DNA of 64,000 bases from Candidatus Moraniibacteriota bacterium (GTDB lineage: Bacteria > Patescibacteriota > Minisyncoccia > Moranbacterales > GCA-2747515). Each line of letters begins with the position of its first letter. The first letter of the stretch is position 1. Made by a program: the position numbers and the translations under genes. Location: positions 1,170,912 through 1,234,911 of the forward strand of contig CP175956.1 of assembly GCA_046116545.1 (NCBI GenBank), written 5' to 3'. Shown piece by piece: positions 1 through 9,566 of the stretch. The notes beneath the pieces were generated by a model. That model was not told where the DNA came from, did no database searches, and saw only the letters and a list, made by a program, of their open reading frames with translations.

Positions 1-683
1 TTTGATATAATTCTAGGCAATGTTTCTTCTTCACCTATAATTTTTTTCATATGCCCTCGTAGATCAACTAAATCCTGACCATTTCTAACAAATGATAGTG
101 CCACAAAGTCTACACTGTGGGCTAATGCGAACTCCAAATCACGATAATCTTTTTGGGTTACTGTTGGTAATGGAATTGTTGCATCTGGTATATTTATTCC
201 TTTATGATTTTTTATAAGTCCACCATCTATCACATCTACAACTGCATATGTGTCCATCAAATCAACAACCCTTACACGCATTAATCCATCCTCAATTAAT
301 ACATCATGTCCAACGGAAAGTTCAGCTATCACTTTTGGGCAATCCAGCACAATAACCTTTGTATCTCCTGCTTGTTTTTTTATTTCATCTTCCTTTGTTG
401 CAACATCAAATAAATAAATGGTTTCTCCACTTTCAATTTCAAGCTCTTCTGCCATATGAGTTCGTACTCTGGGCCCTTGTAAATCAGCTAATACAGCAAC
501 TGGAACTCCTACATTTTTTGCAGCAGTTCTTACATTTTCCATAACTCTCTCATGCCATTCATATTCCCCATGCGAAAAATTAAATCTTGCCACATTAAGA
601 CCTGCTTTAATCATCTCTTCTAAAATCTCAACTGTTTCTGATGCAGGTCCAAGTGTTGCAACAATTTTTGTATGTTTTGTCAT
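1..683 (-). CDS. pyk: Pyruvate kinase, 5' part (runs off the window start; alternative in-frame ATG at 698)
   Basis: Manual translation gives MTKHTKIVATLGPASET...GLNVARFNFSHGEY...ADLQGPRVR...KGINIPDA...VDFVALSFVR, the classic PK N-terminal motifs. Absent from the ORF track because it is truncated. Confidence 0.95.
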   Translation of the reverse strand, partial: MTKHTKIVATLGPASETVEILEEMIKAGLNVARFNFSHGEYEWHERVMENVRTAAKNVGVPVAVLADLQGPRVRTHMAEELEIESGETIYLFDVATKEDEIKKQAGDTKVIVLDCPKVIAELSVGHDVLIEDGLMRVRVVDLMDTYAVVDVIDGGLIKNHKGINIPDATIPLPTVTQKDYRDLEFALAHSVDFVALSFVRNGQDLVDLRGHMKKIIGEEETLPRIIS

Positions 684-742
684 TATATCTTTTTTCATAT
701 TTTTATTTTCATAATTTTTATCTCATCTTTCAATTGTACCAC

Positions 743-777
743 AAAAAACAAGCTGCAGTTAGCAGCTTGTTTTTTAA
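743..777. terminator. Intrinsic terminator hairpin downstream of 795..1214
   Basis: aaaaaacaagctgc-agtta-gcagcttgtttttt inverted repeat with A/T tracts on both sides. Confidence 0.75.
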
Positions 778-794
778 AATAATATTTGCAAATA

Positions 795-1214
795 CTATTT
801 GTCCAAGATATGAATTCCTCCGATAAGAGGAGTTTCTTTCATTTCTCCCTTAGACGCGCTAATCATTCCCATGATAGCAAATATCATTGGTACTATAAGT
901 AGCATCCATCCCAAGAATGGTATGAAGCTCAAAATAATATATGCCAAAAATATAACAAATCCTTGATTCGCATGAAATCTTGCAAATGGACTGTCTTTTG
1001 CATCAGTTATTAACGGCAAGAAAAAAATCAAATACGCCAAAATACCCATTGTTTTGTTTTTTTCTACATCAGCAGGATCAGCTTGTTTTACAGCTTCTGC
1101 ATTAGCAGTAGGAGTTTCTTGTTGCATTTGTGGTTGTTCTTGTTGTTGAGTTTGCTGTGGTTGTTCTTGTGGTTGTTCTTGTGGTTGTTCTTGTTCATTT
1201 TGTTGATTTTCCAT
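795..1214 (-). CDS. DUF4870-like membrane protein with Q/E/P-rich disordered N-terminus
   Basis: KNKTMGILAYLIFFLPL..DSPFARFHANQG..GMISASKGEMKETPLIG pattern, preceded by QEQP repeats. Confidence 0.75.
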   Translation of the reverse strand: MENQQNEQEQPQEQPQEQPQQTQQQEQPQMQQETPTANAEAVKQADPADVEKNKTMGILAYLIFFLPLITDAKDSPFARFHANQGFVIFLAYIILSFIPFLGWMLLIVPMIFAIMGMISASKGEMKETPLIGGIHILDK

Positions 1215-1281
1215 AGTTTGTCACCCACCTTTCTATTTAATATATAAAATTCTTATTCTATTTATTTCCAGTATACCAACG

Positions 1282-1698
1282 TTATGCAACTTCTGCAATC
1301 TCATCCAATATCTCCTCCGGCAATCCTTCGCCTGGCACAGTTTTTCCAGGATAACGCCAAGTACTTATTATTTTAATCTGTTTACTATTTTGAGAGTTAT
1401 CCATCAAGAATTTTTTCATTTTTTCATCCATTGTGTCATCAATCTTACTACTATTATTTTTCAACTGATACATTACCCATATTTCATTTGTCCAAGTTTT
1501 TTCACCATTCTCACCGCGACGAGTTGACTGCGGTTGCACAACAGCAACAGTATTGCCTGTTACTCCACCTTCTATTCTCATTGGACTTTTTATAACACGC
1601 GTTATTCGCTGTGCGCTAAGTCCATACTGACGCATTTTTATTTTGACATGCTCAGTCCAATAATATTTATCTGAATTTTTTGGTGATTTCCAATGCAT
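1282..1698 (-). CDS. Conserved hypothetical protein, DUF4258-like
   Basis: WTEHVKIKMRQYGLS..RVIKSP..EIWVMY..KIISTWRYPG. Confidence 0.5.
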   Translation of the reverse strand: MHWKSPKNSDKYYWTEHVKIKMRQYGLSAQRITRVIKSPMRIEGGVTGNTVAVVQPQSTRRGENGEKTWTNEIWVMYQLKNNSSKIDDTMDEKMKKFLMDNSQNSKQIKIISTWRYPGKTVPGEGLPEEILDEIAEVA

Positions 1699-1710
1699 TT
1701 CAATATCTTA

Positions 1711-2580
1711 TTAATTAGCGTCTGACTCCCTAAGTTTTGCAATTCGTTCTTCCACAGGTGGATGCGTCATGAACCATTTTGACACCTTATTCCCCTTGAG
1801 TGGATTTGCTATAAATAAATGTGCTGTTGTATTAGAAGCAGTTATAACAGGTCTGGCATCAGCACTAATTTTTTCTAATGCACTCGCAAGTCCTTCTGGA
1901 TATCTAGTAAGCATCGCACCAGATGCATCTGCTAAAAATTCTCTTTTTCTAGAAATAGCCAATTTTAACATTGTGGCAATAAGTGGTGCAAGAATAAGTA
2001 GAGCAAGTCCAACAATCATCATAACCGCTCCACCCCTGTCCCTTGAACCTCCTGAAAAAAACATAATCCGAGATATCATAGCAATAATACTAGTAAAAAT
2101 AACTGCAACAGTTCCAATTAAAATATCTCTATTTCCTATATGAGACATCTCATGTGCAGCGACGCCGCGAATTTCTTCCTCATTTAATTTCTCAAGCAGT
2201 CCTCTAGTAAATACAATAACACCATGTTCTGGATTACGCCCTGTTGCAAAAGCGTTAAGTGCTATATCATCAATTACATAAATTTTTGGAGTAGGTAATC
2301 CCGCTGTGATTGCTAAATTATCAACTATCTCATATAAATCTTTTAAATTTTCTCGAGAAACTTCCTTCGCATTTGTCATTTTTAAAACCATTTTATCAGA
2401 AAACCAATACGACCAAATACTCGTACCTATTGCAAAAAGTGATGCAAATACAAGTATTGCACCATTTTCAAATATCACCGACGTAACAAAGCCAATCGCA
2501 ATCATAAGTCCAAAAAACGCAGTCATAAGTAACCACGTTTTTAAAATATTTTTGGATTGATGTGTATATAAAGTAGTCAT
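1711..2580 (-). CDS. htpX: Zinc metalloprotease HtpX (M48)
   Basis: NAFATGR, HEMSH zinc motif, SRKREFLADA, FMTHPPVEERI; adjacent to lemA. Confidence 0.95.
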   Translation of the reverse strand: MTTLYTHQSKNILKTWLLMTAFFGLMIAIGFVTSVIFENGAILVFASLFAIGTSIWSYWFSDKMVLKMTNAKEVSRENLKDLYEIVDNLAITAGLPTPKIYVIDDIALNAFATGRNPEHGVIVFTRGLLEKLNEEEIRGVAAHEMSHIGNRDILIGTVAVIFTSIIAMISRIMFFSGGSRDRGGAVMMIVGLALLILAPLIATMLKLAISRKREFLADASGAMLTRYPEGLASALEKISADARPVITASNTTAHLFIANPLKGNKVSKWFMTHPPVEERIAKLRESDAN

Positions 2581-2606
2581 TCCTAGAATATACTAAAATG
2601 TATTAT

Positions 2607-3188
2607 TTAGAATTTCACTGAAACATTCTCTCGCTCTTTTTTATCCTCAATTTCGAAAAATTCTCGTAATGCAAATCCAAACATTCCAGCTATTATATTA
2701 CTAGGTACTGTTTGTACTTTTGTATTATAATCACGTACAGTTCCATTATAAAATCTTCTTGATGCTTGAATTTTATCTTCTGTATCTGTCAGATCATTTT
2801 GCAACTCTAAGAAATTTTGATTTGCTTTCAAGTCTGGATAATTTTCTGACACTGCAAACAATTTTCCAAGTGCTCCACTAAGACCCTCCTGAGCTCCTGC
2901 AAATGCAGCCATATCTTCTGCTGTTGCACTACCAGCATCTACATTTATTGCTGTTGCTTTTGACCTAGCTTCCATAACAGCTTCTAATGTTTCACTTTCA
3001 TGTTTAGCATATCCTTTTACAGTTTCAACAAGGTTTGGAATTAGATCATATCGTCTTTTCAACTGCACATCTATATCACTCCACCCTTCATCAACACGCA
3101 TTCGTAATTTCACAAGTGAGTTATAGATACCTATAACCATAACTACAAGAGCTATAAGTCCCCCAATAAAAATTAAGCCTATAATCAT
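2607..3188 (-). CDS. lemA: LemA family protein
   Basis: [49 protein letters not shown]. Confidence 0.96.
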   Translation of the reverse strand: MIIGLIFIGGLIALVVMVIGIYNSLVKLRMRVDEGWSDIDVQLKRRYDLIPNLVETVKGYAKHESETLEAVMEARSKATAINVDAGSATAEDMAAFAGAQEGLSGALGKLFAVSENYPDLKANQNFLELQNDLTDTEDKIQASRRFYNGTVRDYNTKVQTVPSNIIAGMFGFALREFFEIEDKKERENVSVKF

Positions 3189-3265
3189 AATTTATTTTTA
3201 AATTTATTATATTTAAAATATATCACAATTTTACTAAAAAATGAAATACCTGTTATACTGTAATC

Positions 3266-3718
3266 ATGCTAGAAATAATATTACACTATAAACTTTTTTT
3301 AATTCCAATTATTGTCATTGTCTTTGCTCAATTAGTAAAGTTCACAAGAATGTCTATACGACACGGAATTAACCTTGATAGTCTTTTTGATCCAGGGCAT
3401 TTCCCTAGTGCTCATAGCGCTTTTGTAACTTCATTAGTCATTACTATTGGCTACTTTGAAAGTGTTACATCTGGAGTTTTTGCAGTTGCTACCTGTTTTG
3501 CATTTATTACAATTTATGATGCTATGCGAGTTCGTATGCATATCGGATTGCAAGGAAAAACATTAAATAAATTAGTTGCTGAAATTGATGAGATTGATTC
3601 AAACAAATTTCCAAAGTTAAAAGAACATGTGGGTCACTATGCCAATGAGGTTGCTGGAGGTGTTATACTTGGAATATTTTTAACAATTTCACTTATTTGG
3701 ATTTTTACATTATTTTAA
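3266..3718 (+). CDS. Divergent PAP2 / DUF212 family membrane protein
   Basis: GHFPSAHSAFV, YDAMRVR, LKEHVGH motifs. TGTTATACT extended -10 lies 6 nt upstream of the ATG (probably leaderless). Confidence 0.85.
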   Translation: MLEIILHYKLFLIPIIVIVFAQLVKFTRMSIRHGINLDSLFDPGHFPSAHSAFVTSLVITIGYFESVTSGVFAVATCFAFITIYDAMRVRMHIGLQGKTLNKLVAEIDEIDSNKFPKLKEHVGHYANEVAGGVILGIFLTISLIWIFTLF

Positions 3719-3735
3719 AAGGTATATCAAATTTA

Positions 3736-3767
3736 AAAACACTGCATAATTATTTATACAGTGTTTT
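3736..3767. terminator. Terminator between convergent genes
   Basis: aaaacactg(c)ataa..ttat(a)cagtgtttt inverted repeat; the mismatch is a G-U pair on the minus strand. Confidence 0.7.
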
Positions 3768-3775
3768 GTTTTTTG

Positions 3776-4255
3776 CTATCGCATCCAAAACCCAATAGAT
3801 TTCATTTGTTTTGAATAATTATTAACATTTACAAACTTGATTGATATTGACTGATCATTATTTATTCTACAAATAACTCCCTCAACTTGAATTTCAGTCT
3901 TTTTTCCATCTGTTAATGAAAATGTAATCTCAACATTACCACCTATCTTCACAGATATATTCTTTTGATTTAATGAAAATTTTGCACCCTGACATGATAA
4001 ATCATGTATGACTATGCCAATATGCACATTTCTTCCAGCACTACTCAACAATTCTCCTTCAAGCTGTGTTTTTTTTCTAAAAAATTTTCTATTTTCAATA
4101 TAGAAACGTATAGAAAAAATTTGTTTACATTTAGGACATGAAGTAGTTACTGTTTTTACAGGCACTTTTATACCCTTCTTTCTCATACCACAAAGTGGAC
4201 ATTCAACAGATGCAATGCCATTAAATACTTGTATTGAAATTCGTTTCAATGACAT
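3776..4255 (-). CDS. Zn-ribbon + PilZ domain protein (putative c-di-GMP binder)
   Basis: CPLC..CPKC N-terminus, then RKFFR (RxxxR) and DLSCQG (DxSxxG) PilZ motifs. Confidence 0.8.
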   Translation of the reverse strand: MSLKRISIQVFNGIASVECPLCGMRKKGIKVPVKTVTTSCPKCKQIFSIRFYIENRKFFRKKTQLEGELLSSAGRNVHIGIVIHDLSCQGAKFSLNQKNISVKIGGNVEITFSLTDGKKTEIQVEGVICRINNDQSISIKFVNVNNYSKQMKSIGFWMR

Positions 4256-4322
4256 TGTTTTCCTCTTATTTCATGGTTATATTAAACTTTTCAAATAACT
4301 ATTATGTTTCACGTAACAAAAA

Positions 4323-4351
4323 ATGATAACATTATATTTTTCAAATGTCAA
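4323..4351 (-). promoter_or_regulatory. sigma70 promoter of the PilZ gene
   Basis: TTGACA-17 nt-TATCAT with TG extension. Confidence 0.7.
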
Positions 4352-4361
4352 TTCAATAAAA

Positions 4362-5705
4362 TTAAAGATTTTTTAAAATTTTAATTACAGTTTTTCTATC
4401 ATCCCACGCAATCAATTCTCCATTAGCTACTGCAATGGCTTGTTCTGAACCTTTTCCTGTTATCAATATTACATCATTCTCATTTGCAAGTGATACTGCC
4501 TTTTCTATGGCTTCAAACCTATCTTCTATCAAAAACAAATTTTCTTCAACTACAGCACCTTTTTCAATAACTCCGCTAGCTACATCATGAATTATTTCCA
4601 TAGGATCATCATCATATGGGTCTTCATTTGTTACTATGATGAAATCAGCTTTAGCTCCAGCAATATTCCCAAGCTCTTTTCTCCTAGATACATCCCTTCC
4701 TCCACCAGTTGAGCCTAAAACATGTATTATTTTATTTGGCTCTAGTACTTCAATTGTGTTATACAACTCTGTCACAGCAACAGGTTCAAATGCATAATCA
4801 ACAATTACAGAAAAACCTTGTCCTTCATCTATTCTCTCTATCCTTCCTGGAAGCTGCGGTATTTTTTCGAGTCCTTTTTTAATAGAATGATTATTGACTC
4901 CAAGTGCTCTTCCTACACAGCCAGCAGCTGATGCATTAAGCGCATTAAATTTACCAAAAATATTCATCTGAATCTCCTCATTCTCAAAGGACAAGTTCAC
5001 ACCTATTTTATTTACACTATTATATTTATATAAAACTTTCTCTAAATTTTTATCAATAATTTTATTATTTTCATTTTGAGTAAATCCTATTTTTAAATCA
5101 GCATCATATCTGATAAAATCACTGGCATGACTATCATCCAGGTTAACAATAATAACTTTTTGATCTTTCCTGCTACACAATTTTTTTGTTTTACAATTAC
5201 CCACATGCTCAAATAATTTTTCTTTGGCAGCTTTATAATTTTCAAAACTTCCATGTGATTCGATATGTTCTGGATATAATCCTGTAAAAAGTACTATATC
5301 ATAATTTATAAAACGATGTCTGTACTGCACAATTCCTTCTGAAGTTGTCTCCACTATTGCAATATCACACCCATTGTCAACCATTCGCCTAAGCATTTTT
5401 TGCGTAAAGAACCGCCCCAACATTGTCATTTTTTTATCATTAAGCCATTCATTTTTACCATCAGAAAACATCGCCGTTGAAGTATATCCCACACGATATC
5501 CCGCATACTCAAGCAACCTTGCTGTCATAAATGTAACTGTTGTCTTACCCGTTGTTCCAGTAATTCCAACAACTGTCATTTTATTACTAGGAAAGCCATA
5601 TGCAGCTGCAGCAATGAAATTTAATATATAATGATAAATTGGCTGCAGAAAACCAAATAAACTTTTGGGGATAATTTTTTTTATATATACCAATATTTTA
5701 TTCAT
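4362..5705 (-). CDS. murE: UDP-N-acetylmuramoyl-tripeptide synthetase MurE
   Basis: GITGTTGKTT, ETTSEG, PEHIESHG, GRIERI, VDYA, GGGRD, TNEDP, GKGSE Mur ligase motifs. Confidence 0.9.
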   Translation of the reverse strand: MNKILVYIKKIIPKSLFGFLQPIYHYILNFIAAAAYGFPSNKMTVVGITGTTGKTTVTFMTARLLEYAGYRVGYTSTAMFSDGKNEWLNDKKMTMLGRFFTQKMLRRMVDNGCDIAIVETTSEGIVQYRHRFINYDIVLFTGLYPEHIESHGSFENYKAAKEKLFEHVGNCKTKKLCSRKDQKVIIVNLDDSHASDFIRYDADLKIGFTQNENNKIIDKNLEKVLYKYNSVNKIGVNLSFENEEIQMNIFGKFNALNASAAGCVGRALGVNNHSIKKGLEKIPQLPGRIERIDEGQGFSVIVDYAFEPVAVTELYNTIEVLEPNKIIHVLGSTGGGRDVSRRKELGNIAGAKADFIIVTNEDPYDDDPMEIIHDVASGVIEKGAVVEENLFLIEDRFEAIEKAVSLANENDVILITGKGSEQAIAVANGELIAWDDRKTVIKILKNL

Positions 5706-5708
5706 GTT

Positions 5709-6644
5709 TTATTTCTTAATTTTTTGTAAAAATCTATATATTCTATATTTAAACCCCTTCAACACAACATCATATGAACCTAATGTTTTAAATATTTCTG
5801 TCTTTGGTGAAAATCCCATTTTAAATCTAGTTATTCCCTGCTTACCACCATCTATGCTATCTGGGAATACACCACCAAAATCATACCAATTAAAATCTCT
5901 TTCTTTTGCATCTTTTATTGCTTGCCATTGCAACAAAAATGGTGCCATCACATTTCTATTATTGTCAGATGTTGCACCATGTAGATATGTTGCAACTCCG
6001 CCATAAAATGAAATAATATTTGCAGCAATTATTTCACCCTCATATTCTGCAACATATAATTTAATTATATCACCTGGTATCTTTGTAATTATTTTTTCAT
6101 AATGTTCCCTATTATGAAAAGAAACATCCTTTCTATTTGCTGTCTTTTCCACTAAATCACAAAATGTTTTTATATGCTTTTTATCCAAGGTTGTAAAAAT
6201 TTTCACACCCTTCCTTTGAGCCAATCTAACATTATATCTTGTCTTACTTTTCATTTCAGACAATAAATCATCTTCTGACTTTGATATATCTATAATAAAA
6301 TTTTCTTTTGGCTGCATATCATGTGGTGCTTTTTTATATTTTAAGCCATTTGCCTCCACAATACTTAACAACTCATCACTGCACACATCTATTCGCATCC
6401 AACTAGCAGAACAAAGTTTTGTTTTTACCAACAGCTCATTAATTGTTTTATTATTGATATTGCAAGCTCTGGCAACATATGTATACATTCCTACAATTGG
6501 TAATGTATTTATAATACAATGAATTCCGTCATCACCTTCATCAGCAAGTGCTAGAACATCCTTCTTTTCAAAACGCAATAAATCAGCCCATTCACTAGAC
6601 TGCAATAACCCACCTTCTGGTTGTTTTATATTTTCTGTATTCAT
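5709..6644 (-). CDS. FemAB/FemX family peptidoglycan bridge aminoacyltransferase
   Basis: LLQSSEW, MKSKTRYNVRLAQRKGV, YLHGATS, LLQWQAI, YDFGG, GITRFKMGF. Confidence 0.9.
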   Translation of the reverse strand: MNTENIKQPEGGLLQSSEWADLLRFEKKDVLALADEGDDGIHCIINTLPIVGMYTYVARACNINNKTINELLVKTKLCSASWMRIDVCSDELLSIVEANGLKYKKAPHDMQPKENFIIDISKSEDDLLSEMKSKTRYNVRLAQRKGVKIFTTLDKKHIKTFCDLVEKTANRKDVSFHNREHYEKIITKIPGDIIKLYVAEYEGEIIAANIISFYGGVATYLHGATSDNNRNVMAPFLLQWQAIKDAKERDFNWYDFGGVFPDSIDGGKQGITRFKMGFSPKTEIFKTLGSYDVVLKGFKYRIYRFLQKIKK

Positions 6645-6661
6645 TCTTTCATTATAGCAAA

Positions 6662-7654
6662 CTATGAGATTTTTTTCTCCATTACATCACTGACAAAAAG
6701 TCCTATAGCTCCAGCAATTGGAACAGCTAAAAATATTCCTACAATTCCAGCAATTTTACCACCTATAAGAAGTGCCAGAATTATAAGTACTGGATTTAAC
6801 CCAACTGCTCTATTCATTATTTTTGGAATAAGAAAATGATTTTCTATCAAATTAACTACAAAATAAGCTACTGCAACCATTAACCCCGTAGCTGAGTCAC
6901 CTACAACAGTAGCAAAAAGAATAGCAGGAATAGCAGCTATAATAGGTCCAAAATATGGAATTATCTCCAGTAAGCCTCCTATAATTGCTAGTACTGGCGC
7001 ATAAGGGACTCCCAATAAAATCAAAACAATATAATACAAAACACCCACAAAAACCATGGTAATCACTTGTCCAACCATCCATCTTCCAAAATTTTCTTGG
7101 ATTCTATCAATAAGTGATGTTATATATTTAATATATTGCTTTGGTGTTACAAGTAATAATGATTTTTTCAAGCCATCTTCTTGTAGAGACATATAGAACG
7201 ACATTGAAATAACAGCAACAACAGAAATAACAGTTGTTAAAAACCCTACCGTCGTAGAAAATGGATTATTCATAAGTTCGACAACTTTTTGACTAACATC
7301 TCCAAATGAAATATCTTGAGGAATGGTAATGTTGTCAGATGAAAATTGCTCCATAATATGAGGTAATTCCTTACCCAATTCTTCAAATTGTTGTGAAAGA
7401 GTCGGCACCATTATAGCAATAAGCATTGCAAGAATTGTAAAAAATAAAATATAGACAGCAACAACAGAAGAATTCCTAGGTGCTTTCATCAATTTTTGTA
7501 CACTCTTTATAACAGGATTAAGTGCTGCTGTAATAATAATAGCAATAAGAAAAAGCCAAATAACATCCCTGATAACAAACAAAAACCACACTATCAAAAG
7601 TGTTATCATAACTTTCATTATAATCTGTGATGCAATATCGATTTCTCTAGTCAT
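6662..7654 (-). CDS. AI-2E family transporter (start probably the ATG at 7654)
   Basis: LEIIPYFGPII, ENHFLIPKIMNRAVGLNP, GIVGIFLAVP. Confidence 0.9.
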   Translation of the reverse strand: MTREIDIASQIIMKVMITLLIVWFLFVIRDVIWLFLIAIIITAALNPVIKSVQKLMKAPRNSSVVAVYILFFTILAMLIAIMVPTLSQQFEELGKELPHIMEQFSSDNITIPQDISFGDVSQKVVELMNNPFSTTVGFLTTVISVVAVISMSFYMSLQEDGLKKSLLLVTPKQYIKYITSLIDRIQENFGRWMVGQVITMVFVGVLYYIVLILLGVPYAPVLAIIGGLLEIIPYFGPIIAAIPAILFATVVGDSATGLMVAVAYFVVNLIENHFLIPKIMNRAVGLNPVLIILALLIGGKIAGIVGIFLAVPIAGAIGLFVSDVMEKKIS

Positions 7655-7735
7655 ATTTATGCGTAATTTAACAATTTCTAATTTCAATACACTGTATCAC
7701 ACAAATAAGCTAAAAACAACCTGGAATACCATATC

Positions 7736-7765
7736 AAAAAAGTCCAACCTAGATTGGACTTTTTT
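7736..7765. terminator. Intrinsic terminator after the M16 peptidase
   Basis: aaaaaagtccaa-cctaga-ttggactttttt. Confidence 0.75.
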
Positions 7766-7784
7766 AAAATATCTTCAATTAACT

Positions 7785-7820
7785 TCTCCTCCTTTTTAAG
7801 GAGGAGACTGAGGGGTGGTT
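7785..7820. repeat. REP-like GC-rich palindrome
   Basis: ctcctcctt-ttt-aaggaggag followed by ctgaggggtgg; resembles small intergenic palindromic repeats; single copy in the window. Confidence 0.4.
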
Positions 7821-7847
7821 CTATCACATCATTAATTAGAACAGTTT

Positions 7848-9122
7848 TTAAAATTTTAAAATATCTTTAATTTCTTTTTCATTCTTTTTCTGTGGTCCAA
7901 TAATTGCACAATTCAAATTTTCATCCACAAAAATTTCTTTTGCCACCCTTTGAATATCTTTCCTGGAAACTTTTTGGATTCGCTTTAAAGATTCTGTTGG
8001 TACAACTATTTCATCACGCACAGCTTCTTGCTCTGCAAAATTACTTGCTATTGCATCTGAAGTTTCCAAGCTAAATGCAATTCTTCCCTGAAATCCACTT
8101 TGAGCTCTTTTAAATTCTTCTTCAGTTACACCTTTATCTGCAACTTTTTTCATTTCTTTAAGAGCTATCTTAACTGTTTCAATTAAATTTTCATGCTCTA
8201 CACCTGCCTTAACTACAAAAAAACCAGTTTCAGGATAAAAATCCACCAACGCCTGCACGCTATAAGCTAAACCTCTTTTTTCTCTTATCTCCTCCCAAAG
8301 CCTACTGCTCATACCACCACCTAAAATATTTGCTAATACTGACAAAACATATCTATCCTTATGTGCAAAGCCACCCGTGCGTACTCCCACCATAAAATGA
8401 GTTTGATCTGTTTTTTTATTCTTGATTTTCAATGCTGCTTTTTCTTGTTCTCCAGCAAATAATTCATGAGTTGGTTTATCACCTTCTCTCAACTGTCCAA
8501 AATCTTTTCTTATTTTTGCAAGAACTTTTCCTTGTGGAAAATTACCAGCAACACATACAACTGTATTTTTTGCTGTATAGCATCGTTCTAAATATTTCAT
8601 AAAATCATTTCGTTTAAATGATTTTACGTTTTCTTTTGTTCCAATAATTTCACGCCCCAAAGGATGGTCTTCTCCATAAAGCAATGTTTCAAAAATATCA
8701 TAAACAAGTCGTGAAGGCATATCTTCATACATATTTATCTCTTGTATAATTGTTCCAGATTCTTTCTTAATTTCAGTACTTTTGAAAGTAGAATTGTTAA
8801 ACAGATCATTTAAAATATCCATTGCATCCAAAATTTTATTTGATGGGACTTTTGTATAATACCCAGTCCTATCCTTTCCTGTATAAGCATTGTGATGTGA
8901 GCCAATTGCATCCAATTCCTTTGTTATGTTTCTAGTCTTCGGTCGTTTTTTAGTTCCTTTAAAAAACATATGCTCCAAAAAATGAGCAAGTCCATTTTCT
9001 TTTTCATCTTCAAATCTAGAACCTGTTCCCACACAAATAAGCGCTGTGGCTGTAGTCATTTCCTTCATCGGCACAAATACAACTCGTAGTCCATTTTTCA
9101 ATACATGTTTTTTGTATTCCAT
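7848..9122 (-). CDS. M16 family zinc peptidase
   Basis: GLAHFLEHMFFKGT (HxxEH), NAYT, LGGGMSSRLWEEIREKRGLAYSV. Confidence 0.95.
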   Translation of the reverse strand: MEYKKHVLKNGLRVVFVPMKEMTTATALICVGTGSRFEDEKENGLAHFLEHMFFKGTKKRPKTRNITKELDAIGSHHNAYTGKDRTGYYTKVPSNKILDAMDILNDLFNNSTFKSTEIKKESGTIIQEINMYEDMPSRLVYDIFETLLYGEDHPLGREIIGTKENVKSFKRNDFMKYLERCYTAKNTVVCVAGNFPQGKVLAKIRKDFGQLREGDKPTHELFAGEQEKAALKIKNKKTDQTHFMVGVRTGGFAHKDRYVLSVLANILGGGMSSRLWEEIREKRGLAYSVQALVDFYPETGFFVVKAGVEHENLIETVKIALKEMKKVADKGVTEEEFKRAQSGFQGRIAFSLETSDAIASNFAEQEAVRDEIVVPTESLKRIQKVSRKDIQRVAKEIFVDENLNCAIIGPQKKNEKEIKDILKF

Positions 9123-9225
9123 AGTTTTATAATTTTACAATTTAAATATTTTTCCTTACTAAAAATTTATTACATCTATTACTCAGTCTATTATTTATCT
9201 TTAAAATTGTAAAGTGAACGTCACA

Positions 9226-9345
9226 TGTCATTCCAAAAATGTTTATTTTTTCACGACTAGTTAGTAAATAATTAGAAATATCATTGTTCAAAATTTTTCG
9301 AATATATTAATATTAACTATTACATTATAGTAAAATTCCTGCCTT
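9226..9345. repeat. Degenerate copy of the 133-bp TGTCATTCC element at 48829
   Basis: Colinear with 48829-48950 (tgtcattcc..atgtttattt.ttcacga..ttag..aaat..catt..attcctgcct), with GC-to-AT decay. Confidence 0.7.
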
Positions 9346-9513
9346 CAACCCCAAGTGTCTATCTTTCGAACCAAGTTCAATTCACTTTGATACAAATTTT
9401 TCTGAAAAAATAACCGTAAAAAGAATACATAACAATAAAACAAGATTTCAATGTACTTGCATCTGTAACTACATTGAAAATATTATCTACTGATTAATAA
9501 ATACTTCACAATA

Positions 9514-9547
9514 CAAAAAAGACAAAATATTAATCTGTCTTTTTTGT
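9514..9547. terminator. Terminator downstream of the giant gene
   Basis: acaaaaaagaca-aaatattaatc-tgtcttttttgt. Confidence 0.65.
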
Positions 9548-9566
9548 AACTTTACTTAATATGAAT

